NCBI GenBank assembly: GCA_965205505.1
Contig: CBDBHB010000009.1
Location: 1,632,001-1,696,000, forward strand
Source of the DNA: Acidobacteriota bacterium
GTDB taxonomy: Bacteria > Acidobacteriota > UBA890 > WLXD01
DNA: 64,000 bases
Direction: 5' to 3'
The notes under the pieces are model-generated. The model ran no database searches. It was not told where the DNA came from and saw nothing but the letters and a program-made list of their open reading frames with translations. Of this stretch, positions 1-9,763 are shown piece after piece (positions within the stretch are counted from its first letter, which is position 1; every line of letters begins with the position of its first letter). Both the position numbers and the translations under genes were made by a program.

Positions 1-2
1 TG

Positions 3-446
3 GTGCTGTTCCTGCTCATCGGATCGACGGCGTTTACGCTCGTGTTTCGCGGTGTCTACGGCGATATATGGATCGAGGAGCTGCTGACCAACCTTCCGGG
101 AGGCCCCACGGGGTTTCTCGTCGCCGCCAACCTGACCGTCTTCATCCTCGGTTTCTTTATCGACTTCTTCGAGATCACCTTCATCATCGTGCCGTTGCTG
201 GTACCGGCTGCTGCTCTCCTGGGCTTCGATCTCGTGTGGTTCGCCGTGATGATCGCGGTCAACATGCAGACGTCGTTTCTGACGCCGCCGTTCGGGTTCG
301 CGCTCTTCTATCTGCGCGGTGTTGCTCCGCCAGAGGTGCGGACGACCCAGATCTATCGCGGGGTGGTGCCCTTCATCATCATCCAGCTCATCGGACTGCT
401 GCTGATCATCATCTACCCCGGCATTGTCACCGTGCTGCTGGACTGA
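3..446 (+). CDS. TRAP transporter large permease (DctM-like), C-terminal part, runs off the window edge
   Basis: Hydrophobic protein with 'LGFFIDFFEI' and 'NMQTSFLTPPFGFALFYLRGVAP' typical of DctM; TRAP substrate-binding gene nearby. Confidence 0.9.
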   Translation: MLFLLIGSTAFTLVFRGVYGDIWIEELLTNLPGGPTGFLVAANLTVFILGFFIDFFEITFIIVPLLVPAAALLGFDLVWFAVMIAVNMQTSFLTPPFGFALFYLRGVAPPEVRTTQIYRGVVPFIIIQLIGLLLIIIYPGIVTVLLD

Positions 447-481
447 AGGCGGGGTGCGCGGCGAGAGGTCGAGGATGCGGG

Positions 482-1672
482 TCAGTTCGCCCGAATGACG
501 AAGAGGCCGCGCTGCAAGTCCGACACGATCACGTTGCCGCTCGGGAAGCCTGCGTAGACCCCCCAGGCACCGTTGAACGTGGCGTTGTCGCTCTCCGGAT
601 ACGTATCGAAGTAGCCGCGCGCTTTGAGCTTGCGCGGGTTCTCGACATCGATCACCCGCAAGCCGCCTTCGTAGGCGGAGACGTACATACGGTCGCCCTG
701 AATCATCGAGTTGTGGTCGATAACGGAAGTATCCCAAGCGATGGTGTCGGTAAGTACCGGACGCTCCAGGTTGCCGACGCGCACGACGTAGGTGGTCATG
801 CGATCGACTTCCGGATTGCTGCGCTCGTCGAGCTCATCGTTGACGTATAGAAAGCGGCCGTTGGCGCTGAGCGATCCGCTATGACCGTACGTGGCGTTCT
901 CGTACTTCAGATGGGCGAGCGTGGTGGGGTTGGTCTTATCGGTGACGTCGATGATGTGCAGGCCGAGCCCACCCGTGAAGGCGAAGGCGATCTCGCGACC
1001 CTTGTTCCTACCCTTCTTGTAGGTGGTGACGTGAACGTCGTGGACGTACGCGACCTCCCAGTTGATGGGCTCCAGTCGCGGGTTCGCCGGGTTGCTGAGG
1101 TCAACCGCGAGCAGGCCGCCCCGGGCGATGTTGGAGCCCAAGACGTAGGCGTAACCGCTGTCCTCGTTGACGAAGATGTTGTGGCCGTGCGACAGGCCTG
1201 CGTCGGTCACCGTCCGTAGCAGCGAAACGGTGCCGTCCTCGATCCGCGAGAGGTCGATCACCTGAATGCCGTCGCCGCTCTCGTTGATCGAGTAAGCGTA
1301 ACTCTGGTACACTGCCATATCGCGCCAGGCGGAGTCCGCGCCTCCGATGACGCCCACGGTCCGCGGATTGGTCGGATCTGTAATCTCGACAAAGGCGGTG
1401 CCGATCTGCAGGCCAACGATGGCGAACTCGCGTCCGCTGGGCGACGTATAGCCCCAGATATCGCTGGCGTCTGTCGGCACACCGATCATGTCGGTGCTCG
1501 ACATCCACGACAACCTGACGGTTCTTTGCGAGGGGAACACGGGGTCGACGGATCCCGAGTAGGCGGGCGCCGAGCGGCCGGCGCCGGGGGGCAGCTGCGC
1601 GGCATACGGGGTCGCGACCGACGCTGCGCTGAGCAGCAACGCCGCAGCGGCCAGGAAGCGGGCTCTATACAT
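482..1672 (-). CDS. Secreted LVIVD-repeat / choice-of-anchor B family protein
   Basis: Signal peptide from MYRARFL (start 1672); 'SDIWGY', 'GLHIIDV', 'GGLRVIDV' repeats; C-terminal 'GAWGVY...SD...GLF'. Confidence 0.8.
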   Translation of the reverse strand: MYRARFLAAAALLLSAASVATPYAAQLPPGAGRSAPAYSGSVDPVFPSQRTVRLSWMSSTDMIGVPTDASDIWGYTSPSGREFAIVGLQIGTAFVEITDPTNPRTVGVIGGADSAWRDMAVYQSYAYSINESGDGIQVIDLSRIEDGTVSLLRTVTDAGLSHGHNIFVNEDSGYAYVLGSNIARGGLLAVDLSNPANPRLEPINWEVAYVHDVHVTTYKKGRNKGREIAFAFTGGLGLHIIDVTDKTNPTTLAHLKYENATYGHSGSLSANGRFLYVNDELDERSNPEVDRMTTYVVRVGNLERPVLTDTIAWDTSVIDHNSMIQGDRMYVSAYEGGLRVIDVENPRKLKARGYFDTYPESDNATFNGAWGVYAGFPSGNVIVSDLQRGLFVIRAN

Positions 1673-1805
1673 GAACCGAGTCTCGACTTTCCCAGGGGCT
1701 ACAGCGAGTGTAGCAGGCGCGGGCCGAGGGATTCCTGTGCGCCAGCCGCGCGGGTGCAAGCTCCCCGACAAGACCCGCGAACGTCGAGAACAAGATGAAC
1801 GCTCC

Positions 1806-2930
1806 TCAGTCGCCGTACTCGAAGGCGAAGCTAGTGTACTCGGTCTCGACCGTCTTGAACCAGCGATAGGAGCCAGCGCGGAACTGTTTCCATTGCTCGT
1901 AGAGCTTCCGATACCCCGCGTCGGCGGCGGCCTGTTCCTCGTACAGATCGAACGAGGTTCGATAGGCGGCTTCCATAATGTCGCGCGAGAAAGTGCGGAG
2001 CTCCACACCGGCCGCGATCAATCGCTCGAGTGCCTGTGGATTGAGGCTGTCGTAACGAGCCGTCATTGTCATCGCCGATTCCATCGTGGCGCCGCGGAGT
2101 ATCTCCTGGTACGTGGTCGGCAGCGTTTCCCAAGCATCGCGGTTCACGTAGAACGAGAGGCTCGGCCCGGTTTCCCACCAGCCGGGCGAGTAGTAGAAGT
2201 TCGCGACCTGATGCAGCCCCAACCTCTCGTCATCGTGTGGCCCTACCCACTCGGTGGCATCAATGGCGCCGCGCTCCAGCGCTTGATAAATCTCGCCGCC
2301 GGCGATCACCTGCACGGCCACTCCCAACCGACTCATGACCTCGCCGCCCAGCCCCGGAATGCGCATCTTGAGCCCGCCAAGATCGGACAACTGTGAGATC
2401 TCGCGACGAAACCAGCCCCCCATTTGTGCTCCGGTAGAGCCTGCCGGGAAGTTGATGATGTTGAAGTCGGCGAACAGCTCACGTGTGAGCTCGAGCCCAC
2501 CGCCCTCATACAGCCAGGCAAACTGCTGTCTGGTTGTAAGGCCGAAGGGGACCCCGGTGTCGAACGCCAGCGCCGGGTTCTTGCCCGTGTAGTAGTAGCT
2601 CGAGGTCTCGCCGAACTGCACCGTGCCCTGCTGCACCGCATCGAGCACTTGCAGTGCCGGAACGATTTCGCCAGCGGGGTATGGACGAATCGTGAAGCGG
2701 CCGTCCGACATCTGGCTGACGCGCTCGGCCAGGTAGTCGTTGATTCCGTACAGCGTATCGAGGCTGCGTGGGAAGCTGGATGCGAGACGCCAGCGCACGT
2801 TGGGTTGAGTGTGAACGGCCGGCGCGCCGGCGTCGTCGCTGGCGCAGGCGCCGAGTGCCGCGACACCGGCCACCGCGCCTGTCGTCCGGGTAACGAAGCT
2901 CCGTCGATCGATGCGGTTCTGCTTGCTCAT
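1806..2930 (-). CDS. TRAP transporter substrate-binding protein (DctP/TakP-like), Tat-exported
   Basis: 'DRRSFV' Tat motif; 'WRLASSFP', 'GLKMRIPGLGG', 'LERGAIDATEWVGP', 'YYSPGWWE'. Confidence 0.92.
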   Translation of the reverse strand: MSKQNRIDRRSFVTRTTGAVAGVAALGACASDDAGAPAVHTQPNVRWRLASSFPRSLDTLYGINDYLAERVSQMSDGRFTIRPYPAGEIVPALQVLDAVQQGTVQFGETSSYYYTGKNPALAFDTGVPFGLTTRQQFAWLYEGGGLELTRELFADFNIINFPAGSTGAQMGGWFRREISQLSDLGGLKMRIPGLGGEVMSRLGVAVQVIAGGEIYQALERGAIDATEWVGPHDDERLGLHQVANFYYSPGWWETGPSLSFYVNRDAWETLPTTYQEILRGATMESAMTMTARYDSLNPQALERLIAAGVELRTFSRDIMEAAYRTSFDLYEEQAAADAGYRKLYEQWKQFRAGSYRWFKTVETEYTSFAFEYGD

Positions 2931-2977
2931 GTGGACTCGGTCAGGGGGTTGGGTTGCAAAGAGGGAGGCCCAGGTTA

Positions 2978-3646
2978 TCACCCGCCGAAACGATCGGCCC
3001 CGTCGCGCCAGGGATCCACGGTGACGTCCAAGAGTGTCAACAGCTCCGCCAGAACCATGGCGGTGGCGCCCCAGACTTCGAGGTCGTCAACCGCGAAGAA
3101 TGGAACCTCCGACGGCACGCCGCGGCGCTCTGACCGCTTGTGGCTCCAATTGCTCGGCGAAGCCAAGCTGGCCAGCGAGGGCTCGATCACCCGCGCGACC
3201 TCGTTGTCCGAGGGCGTAAGCGCCGGCCGCTGCACTGCGTGGCCGACGATTGGATGGAGGATGAATCGGCTCACCGGGATATGTAGTGGGGTGAGCTTGC
3301 CGACAACCTCGACATGCTTGCGGCTGATGCCAACCTCCTCCTCGGTTTCCCGTAGGGCCGTCTGAACGCTGGTCTCTTCGGCGTCCATCTGGCCGCCTGG
3401 CAGGGAGACCTGACCACCGTGTTCCGCCAGGTCGTGGCGTCGCTGCGTGAGCAGAAGATGGGAGCGTCCGTCGATCGGGTAGATGAGCACCAGCCCCGCC
3501 GCGTGTCGGCACCCGTCCGGCAATACGCCCGGCTCCCAACCGGTGCGCGGGCGCGGTGACATCGTCACCTGCGCCGGCGGCCCGGGTAGCTGGCCGTCGA
3601 GCCGCTGGCACAGTTGTCTCAGCAACAGGGGGTGATCCGGGAACAT
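2978..3646 (-). CDS. Nudix hydrolase, CoA pyrophosphatase family
   Basis: 'HGGQVSLPGG' followed by Nudix box 'TALRETEEEVG'; 'VWGATA'. Confidence 0.9.
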   Translation of the reverse strand: MFPDHPLLLRQLCQRLDGQLPGPPAQVTMSPRPRTGWEPGVLPDGCRHAAGLVLIYPIDGRSHLLLTQRRHDLAEHGGQVSLPGGQMDAEETSVQTALRETEEEVGISRKHVEVVGKLTPLHIPVSRFILHPIVGHAVQRPALTPSDNEVARVIEPSLASLASPSNWSHKRSERRGVPSEVPFFAVDDLEVWGATAMVLAELLTLLDVTVDPWRDGADRFGG

Positions 3647-3969
3647 GTTTGTGGTCGCCAGCGAGGAACCCCTATGGGAAGCGATCTGTGGGCCACCGAG
3701 CAGGCACGGTCGGTAGGCAGCGGCGCTGCCTCCAGATGTGGCTCCTCAACCGGGACCCTCGGACGCGCTGCAGTCGAATCGCCGCGTTGATCGCATGGAA
3801 CCATCCACCGACCGAGCGCGCAATCCGGCGAGCGTGCCGCGCACGTCCTTGCGTACACGCGGGCCGAATAGAATGGGAAGGTTCCCCTGACGTGCTCCCA
3901 AGACGGCGCTGGCGACGCCCATGCCGCGTTTCGCGTTTCGCCATGGGTCCACGCCCGCGACACGATCCC

Positions 3970-6483
3970 ATGCCCGCTCGCCGCCGTAGCTATCAGGCTG
4001 TCTTCCTCGCAACGATCGCGCTTGCGTTGGCGCCTGCCATTACCGTGCCTCGGGCGCGGCACGCCGAGCCCAGCAGTGCCCTCGACGTACCCTTTGACTC
4101 GCCGTCGGCGGCGCAGCAATACCACACGGCCAAGCGTCTGCCGAGCGGGCCGGCGATCGACCCGCGTGCGGCGTACCGGCAAGCGGCGGCGCATGCTGCC
4201 CGGATGCCGCTCTACTCCAGCGCCCGGGGACGGTACCTGAGTGCCGCCGAGGCACGCCGGTCGCGCTTGCGCGGCGGAGCGGTGAAGGGCAGTTGGAGGC
4301 CCCTGGGGCCGGGAAACGTCGGCGGCCGGACGCGCACGCTGGTGATCGATCGTGACCGCCCCGAGACGATGTATGCGGGCGGTGTTTCCGGGGGCGTGTG
4401 GAAAACGACCGATGGCGGTGCCGAATGGAGTGCGGTGGGCGATGGTCTGGCGAACGTCGCGGTCAACTCCATGGCGATGCATCCCCGCGACTCGCGCCTC
4501 CTGTACGTAGGCACGGGTGAGGGGTACTTCCGCGAGGACGTACGCGGCACCGGGTTGCCGCTACGCGGCGGCGGCGTTTTCCGTACCACCGATGCGGGGA
4601 AGCACTGGTCGATGCTGGCTTCGACCGGCGGCGAGGACTTCTGGTTCGTCAACGACCTGGTGTTCTCGCCCGCCGACGGCAATACCCTGTACGCGGCTAC
4701 GCGCTCCGGCGTCTTCCGCACCTCTGACGGCGGCACCAGCTGGGATCAGATCCTTGACCCGCAAGTCAATGGCGGTTGCCTCGATCTCGAGATTCGCACC
4801 GATCGGCCCACCGATGTGCTGTTCGCCGCTTGCGGTACGTTCGCTCAAGCGACCATCTATCGGTCGAGCCACGCCGCCGCGCGCCGGCCCGATGGCGCTC
4901 TCTTCGAGGTCGTGCTGCGCGACCGCGGCATGGGCCGCACGTCGATCGCGTTGGCCCCGTCGAACCAGGACGTGGTGTACGCGCTGACGGCGAGCAACGA
5001 TCGCGGCGCCTACGAACAGGCGTTGCATGCAGTGTTCCGTTCCGACAACGGCGGCGACGTGGGCACCTGGAAGGCGCGCGTACGCAACACGGATACGGAC
5101 ACTCAAGCCACCCTGTTGCTGCACAACGCGGTGCTGGCCCGGCTGGAGGCCTGCGGCTTCTCGGACTCGAGCGACTTCCTGCCGATGGGCTGGTACGTGA
5201 ACACCATCGCCGTCGACCCGGTGAGCCCCGAGATCGTATGGGCGGCCGGGGTGGATTGGTTTCGGTCCAGCGACGGCGGCCAATCGTGGGGGCCAACGTC
5301 GTTCTGGTGGGCTGGCGATGCCGCACCCGCGTCCAGCTTCCTACATGCCGATCAGCACCGGATGGTCTTCCACCCGACCTACGACGGGGCCGGTAACCAA
5401 ACGCTGTTCGTTGCCAACGACGGCGGCGTTTGGCGAACCGACAACGGGCGCGCGCCGGTATCGATCGCAGCCGAGGCGACGTGCGATCCGGCCAACAGCG
5501 AGGTTGCCTGGCGATCCCTCAACAACGGCTACGAGGTGACGCATTTCTATCATGGCCTGCCGTTCCCTGGCGGCAAGGCGTTTCTCGGCGGGACGCAGGA
5601 CAACGGCACGCGCATGCGGCGGCCGCACAGCGGTCTCAACGGCTGGCAGAGTCTCTTTGGGGGCGACGGCGGCTACGTTGCGGTCGACCCTCGAAACACG
5701 AGCGTGCTCTATGTCGAGTCGCAGAACGGTAACCTGCAGAAGTCGATCGACGGCGGCGCGACGTTCGACGCGGTTACGCTCGGGCTTCCGGCCGGGAACG
5801 GTAACTTCCTGGATCCTGGCGGGGACTTCATCTTCATCACCCCGTTCGTCCTGGATCTCTCGCGACCTGATGTGCTTTGGATCGGCGGCAGGCTCATGTA
5901 CCGCACCATAGACGGCGCGCGCAGCTGGCAGGTCGGCAGCCGAGCCTTGCGCGGAAGGGCCAGCGCAATCGCGGTGGCGCCATCCGATTCGCGGCGTGTC
6001 GCGGTGGCAACGGAGAAGGGCTTCGTCCACGTCACCGATGGCGCGCTTGCGGCTGAAGCCGGCACCATCTGGCCGCGGCGGCGGCCCAGCAAGGCGTGGG
6101 CGACCTGGGTGACGTACGACCCGAGCGACCCCGACCTGATGTACGTTACCTACGGTGGCTTCGGAGGGTCGCACGTGTTTCGTAGCATCGACGGCGGCCG
6201 CCGATGGAGGAGCATCGATGGCGTCGGAGACGCCGCGCTGCCCGACCTCCCGGTGCACGTAATCGTGGTGGACCCTGACGACCGCGACCGCCTGTTCGTC
6301 GGCACCGACCTGGGGGTCTTCGTCACTACCGATGGCGGCGTTGGGTGGGCGCAGGAGAACGCTGGCTTCGGCAATATCGTCACCGAATCGTTGACTCTCC
6401 AACGGGAGGGCTCTCGACTGATGCTCTACGCCTTTACCCATGGCCGCGGCGCCTGGAAGGTGAGCGTGAAGCGGGCCCGCTAG
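3970..6483 (+). CDS. Secreted BNR/Asp-box beta-propeller protein (VPS10 / glycosyl-hydrolase-like)
   Basis: Repeated 'KTTDGG/RTSDGG/RSIDGG..W' Asp-boxes; 'WRPLGPGNVGGR'; C-terminal 'FTHGRGAW'; probable start at 3970. Confidence 0.8.
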   Translation: MPARRRSYQAVFLATIALALAPAITVPRARHAEPSSALDVPFDSPSAAQQYHTAKRLPSGPAIDPRAAYRQAAAHAARMPLYSSARGRYLSAAEARRSRLRGGAVKGSWRPLGPGNVGGRTRTLVIDRDRPETMYAGGVSGGVWKTTDGGAEWSAVGDGLANVAVNSMAMHPRDSRLLYVGTGEGYFREDVRGTGLPLRGGGVFRTTDAGKHWSMLASTGGEDFWFVNDLVFSPADGNTLYAATRSGVFRTSDGGTSWDQILDPQVNGGCLDLEIRTDRPTDVLFAACGTFAQATIYRSSHAAARRPDGALFEVVLRDRGMGRTSIALAPSNQDVVYALTASNDRGAYEQALHAVFRSDNGGDVGTWKARVRNTDTDTQATLLLHNAVLARLEACGFSDSSDFLPMGWYVNTIAVDPVSPEIVWAAGVDWFRSSDGGQSWGPTSFWWAGDAAPASSFLHADQHRMVFHPTYDGAGNQTLFVANDGGVWRTDNGRAPVSIAAEATCDPANSEVAWRSLNNGYEVTHFYHGLPFPGGKAFLGGTQDNGTRMRRPHSGLNGWQSLFGGDGGYVAVDPRNTSVLYVESQNGNLQKSIDGGATFDAVTLGLPAGNGNFLDPGGDFIFITPFVLDLSRPDVLWIGGRLMYRTIDGARSWQVGSRALRGRASAIAVAPSDSRRVAVATEKGFVHVTDGALAAEAGTIWPRRRPSKAWATWVTYDPSDPDLMYVTYGGFGGSHVFRSIDGGRRWRSIDGVGDAALPDLPVHVIVVDPDDRDRLFVGTDLGVFVTTDGGVGWAQENAGFGNIVTESLTLQREGSRLMLYAFTHGRGAWKVSVKRAR

Positions 6484-6624
6484 GCTCTGACGGCCGTCCT
6501 GCCAGTGCGCGCACCGGCAGCAAGGTGGCGCGGAGCCACAGGCCACTAGTACCCACGATGAGCATCGCCGCCGACCAGGCGGAGCGGTGTTCCGTAACTG
6601 CGACCGGGGAATGATATTCCAGCC

Positions 6625-7248
6625 ATGCACCGACAGACGGAATTCGACGCTCGCCATGGCACCGACACCGATGGCGAGATCCCGCTCGAGCTCCTGGACC
6701 ATTCGGTCGAGGTCGCGCGACAGGCAGTCTCGTACGAGGCGACAGAGCCTGCGGCCTTCCGACACATGATGGGCGAGCTGCCGATCCGGCCCGAGGACTA
6801 CACGTTCGTCGACCTCGGTTCCGGCAAGGGTCGCGTGTTATTGCTGGCTGCGCACCACCCGTTTCGCCGGATCATCGGCGTGGAAGCATCGTTGTCGCTG
6901 CATATTATTGCCAGCCGCAACGTGCGCGCCTGGGCGCGCGCCGGCAACGACACCCGCCGCATCGAGCTCGTCCACGCCGACGCGTCGCAGCTGGAGGTTT
7001 CAGGCGAGCCCAGTGTGATCTACCTGTTCAACCCATTCCGCGAGCGCGCCCTGGCGCGTGTGATGCTGAACGTCAAGTGGTCGCTGCAACGCTGCCCGCG
7101 CGACCTTTGGCTGATCTACTACAACCCGCAGTTCGGCTACATGTTGGAGAACGCACCGTACATGGCGCGGGTGCGCGCCGGGCGAGGCTTCCACCAGGGC
7201 GACTACGCCATCTGGCGTTCCCACGGCGAGTACGGCCGGCCGAAATAG
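6625..7248 (+). CDS. Class I SAM-dependent methyltransferase
   Basis: 'FVDLGSGKGR' SAM motif; 'YLFNPF'. Confidence 0.85.
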   Translation: MHRQTEFDARHGTDTDGEIPLELLDHSVEVARQAVSYEATEPAAFRHMMGELPIRPEDYTFVDLGSGKGRVLLLAAHHPFRRIIGVEASLSLHIIASRNVRAWARAGNDTRRIELVHADASQLEVSGEPSVIYLFNPFRERALARVMLNVKWSLQRCPRDLWLIYYNPQFGYMLENAPYMARVRAGRGFHQGDYAIWRSHGEYGRPK

Positions 7249-7260
7249 CGCAGCGAAGGC

Positions 7261-7407
7261 GGCGGTCGGAGCGCGGTGGCATGCACCTCGGCCAGGGTGG
7301 AGCGGTGGAGGTGGCTGAACGGCGCAGTCAACGCGTCATCCGTTGTAATGGATCACCGCCGTGCCGGCGAGCCTGGCTACGGTGCATGCCACCGCGCTTC
7401 GACCTCC
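7261..7407. repeat. Intergenic inverted repeat (about 36-bp arms) between convergent genes
   Basis: GGCGGTCGGAGCGCGGTGGCATGCACC..GGCCAGG pairs with CCTGGCT..GGTGCATGCCACCGCGCTTCGACCTCC. Confidence 0.7.
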
Positions 7408-7521
7408 GGCGAACGCCGTCAATTCCGGGGCTCCCGCCCTTCCCCGGCCAGCAAAAGAAGCCACGCCCCGAACGCTCTCCCTGGTTGGCCGGAACAGCGC
7501 TCCGGAGGGGCCAGCCAACAG

Positions 7522-9519
7522 TCACTCCACGTGAAAAGGGGAACGGTTGTCGCGTGCGAACTGGCTACCGGAGTCCGGCCAGAACACGAAGGCCTCGACC
7601 GAGTAGCGCCCTGCCTCGGCCCTAGAGAAGGTGTACTCGATGCCGAAGCGATTGTTGGCATCGAGGTCGGCCCTGAGCTCGATGTCCTCGGCGCGCCGCT
7701 GCGCGGCGGGCCCATCGGCGTTGCCGACGCTGGCACCGAAGCGGGCGTTGCCCGCCGGGTCATGCTTGCGAATCCGGACTAGCACCCTGGAGAAGTCGTC
7801 GCGGTCGGCCGCCACGACCTGGCCCGAGAAGTTGATCTTCTTGCCGGGCTTGATCTTGGTCGGAAGGCGCTTGTCGAATCTCACCGCACGCCAGTCGTCA
7901 GGCTCGAAATTCGAGTACGCGATCTTCAGCTTACCCTTGGCCTTGGGCCCGCCCTTCGCGTCTACGACGTCGACAAGCTTGGCCTTCCCGCCGCTCGCTT
8001 GGAAGAAGGAAGCATAGCCGTCGAACGACGTGATTCCGTCGTCCCTCTTGGCGTAGGTGTGGCGCTGGGCGATCCAGGTCCAGTAGTCGAACTCGGCCTG
8101 CGTCAATTGCTCCTCGCGCGAGACGACGATGACTGTCCGCTTCAGCTTCCGTGGGATCTTGGGGCCCTTGCGCTTGCCTTGCACGGCGATGATGTCGTCG
8201 ATGCTGATCGTGCTGGTGCCACCGGTCACCGTGGTACCCACGTCGGGCGATATAGAGGTATCAGGGTCGAACTGGCCCTGATACGTGAAAACGGGTAGCG
8301 GCGGCACCTTGTTTGCCGGGAGCAGGCCCATAGCGTACAGAACCCACGGGTGGAAGATGTACGGTGGCTGGGGGAACCCGATGCTGAAGGCGCCGCGGCC
8401 GCCGAAGCGCGCCGAACCGACCACCTCGCGATCGGCCTCGAGGACCGCTCCGACCAGCGTCGGGCCGCCCGTCGCCAGGGGCAGGTGTCCGGCGGGCTGG
8501 TGCCCGGCTCGCACCAGCCCGGCGATGGTCTCCCAGTCGAAGAAGTGCCCCCATTGATGCGCCAGCTCGTGGGTCCAGGTCTCGTTTCGTTCCAGGGCTC
8601 GATTCGGAAAGAACTCCACAGCCAGTAGCGCCTTGGGGTCTCCATATTGGTCGTTGCGGTCCCGCTGCGATGCTCCGATACCCTGGACCGTCTGATTGGT
8701 GGCTCGATGAAATGCGCCGAACTCGGAGGACAGGTGTGGCCGGCGCGGTACGATCGCCAGGATCTGCGTGGTGTCCTTGAAGTTGTCGTAGAACACCTGG
8801 GCCAGTTCACGATCCTGGATCGAGAAACCGTCGTCCGTCACCCGATCGTTGCCATAGCCGGGTAGCACGATGTTGACCACATCGCTGCTGTACGACACCT
8901 GCGAGCTGAGCTTCTTGACGCTCACCTTCTTCATACTGGTCGGAGCGACGCGTAGGCGGATGTTGAAGCGCGTGATTACCCGGCTCCCGTCACGCTCCCT
9001 GATATCGGGCTCGAGCGCGCCGATGAAGAGATCGGGCCGGTCGAAACCTGTCCTCCGGCTGTTGAAGAACAAGTCCATCTCCTCGGCCGTGAAGGTGCGC
9101 TCGAACAGGCTCACCTTGACGCCGTCGATCGTGTCGGTGCCGACGCGCCGCCACTTCTCGTCGGGGTGGTCCTGGTTCGTGTCGGCGATCGACGGGTCGA
9201 ACGTGATCGCCGGGACATTCCCTACCACGGTCACGTCGCTCAGCGTCACGTCGCCACGATAGTCGTAGTTGAAAACAGGTGGGTCCTGCCGAAAGAACAC
9301 CGGCGTGCCCTCCGGCACGGCGCGGACCTCGCGGGAGGTCGGCAGGTCGTCTGGAACCGCACCGCACAATAGAAGCTCGTCCTCGAGCACCTCCTCCAGA
9401 AACTCCTGGTAGGCGCGCTCGCGATCGAACCGAGCCTGCGGAACAGCGGACCCGAGTGCCGCAGAATTGAGGAAAACGACCACCAGCACGACTGAGAACG
9501 GGAGATGACGCAAGCTCAT
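7522..9519 (-). CDS. Secreted hypothetical protein with an HExxH zinc-metallopeptidase motif
   Basis: Signal peptide 'MSLRHLPFSVVLVVVFL'; 'WTHELAHQWGH'. Confidence 0.65.
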   Translation of the reverse strand: MSLRHLPFSVVLVVVFLNSAALGSAVPQARFDRERAYQEFLEEVLEDELLLCGAVPDDLPTSREVRAVPEGTPVFFRQDPPVFNYDYRGDVTLSDVTVVGNVPAITFDPSIADTNQDHPDEKWRRVGTDTIDGVKVSLFERTFTAEEMDLFFNSRRTGFDRPDLFIGALEPDIRERDGSRVITRFNIRLRVAPTSMKKVSVKKLSSQVSYSSDVVNIVLPGYGNDRVTDDGFSIQDRELAQVFYDNFKDTTQILAIVPRRPHLSSEFGAFHRATNQTVQGIGASQRDRNDQYGDPKALLAVEFFPNRALERNETWTHELAHQWGHFFDWETIAGLVRAGHQPAGHLPLATGGPTLVGAVLEADREVVGSARFGGRGAFSIGFPQPPYIFHPWVLYAMGLLPANKVPPLPVFTYQGQFDPDTSISPDVGTTVTGGTSTISIDDIIAVQGKRKGPKIPRKLKRTVIVVSREEQLTQAEFDYWTWIAQRHTYAKRDDGITSFDGYASFFQASGGKAKLVDVVDAKGGPKAKGKLKIAYSNFEPDDWRAVRFDKRLPTKIKPGKKINFSGQVVAADRDDFSRVLVRIRKHDPAGNARFGASVGNADGPAAQRRAEDIELRADLDANNRFGIEYTFSRAEAGRYSVEAFVFWPDSGSQFARDNRSPFHVE

Positions 9520-9763
9520 CAGGCCTCCAGGAGGCAGTACCCATCTAAGCGCACCGTGTAGCCTGGACGCGGCCAGTGTCAAGCCGGGTGTCGGCTTCGC
9601 TGGATGCGGCCGATATCGTCCCGAAACGTCTACTGCCGGCAAACCCGCAGTGCTGGGATGATAGGCTCTGCGGCCGATCGGGTTGTTCGCGATGGAGGCG
9701 GTCGCCGCCGGTGGCCGGGTCGCGTTTGGTTACCCGTGTTCGGGATCACGATCGGAGGTCGGT

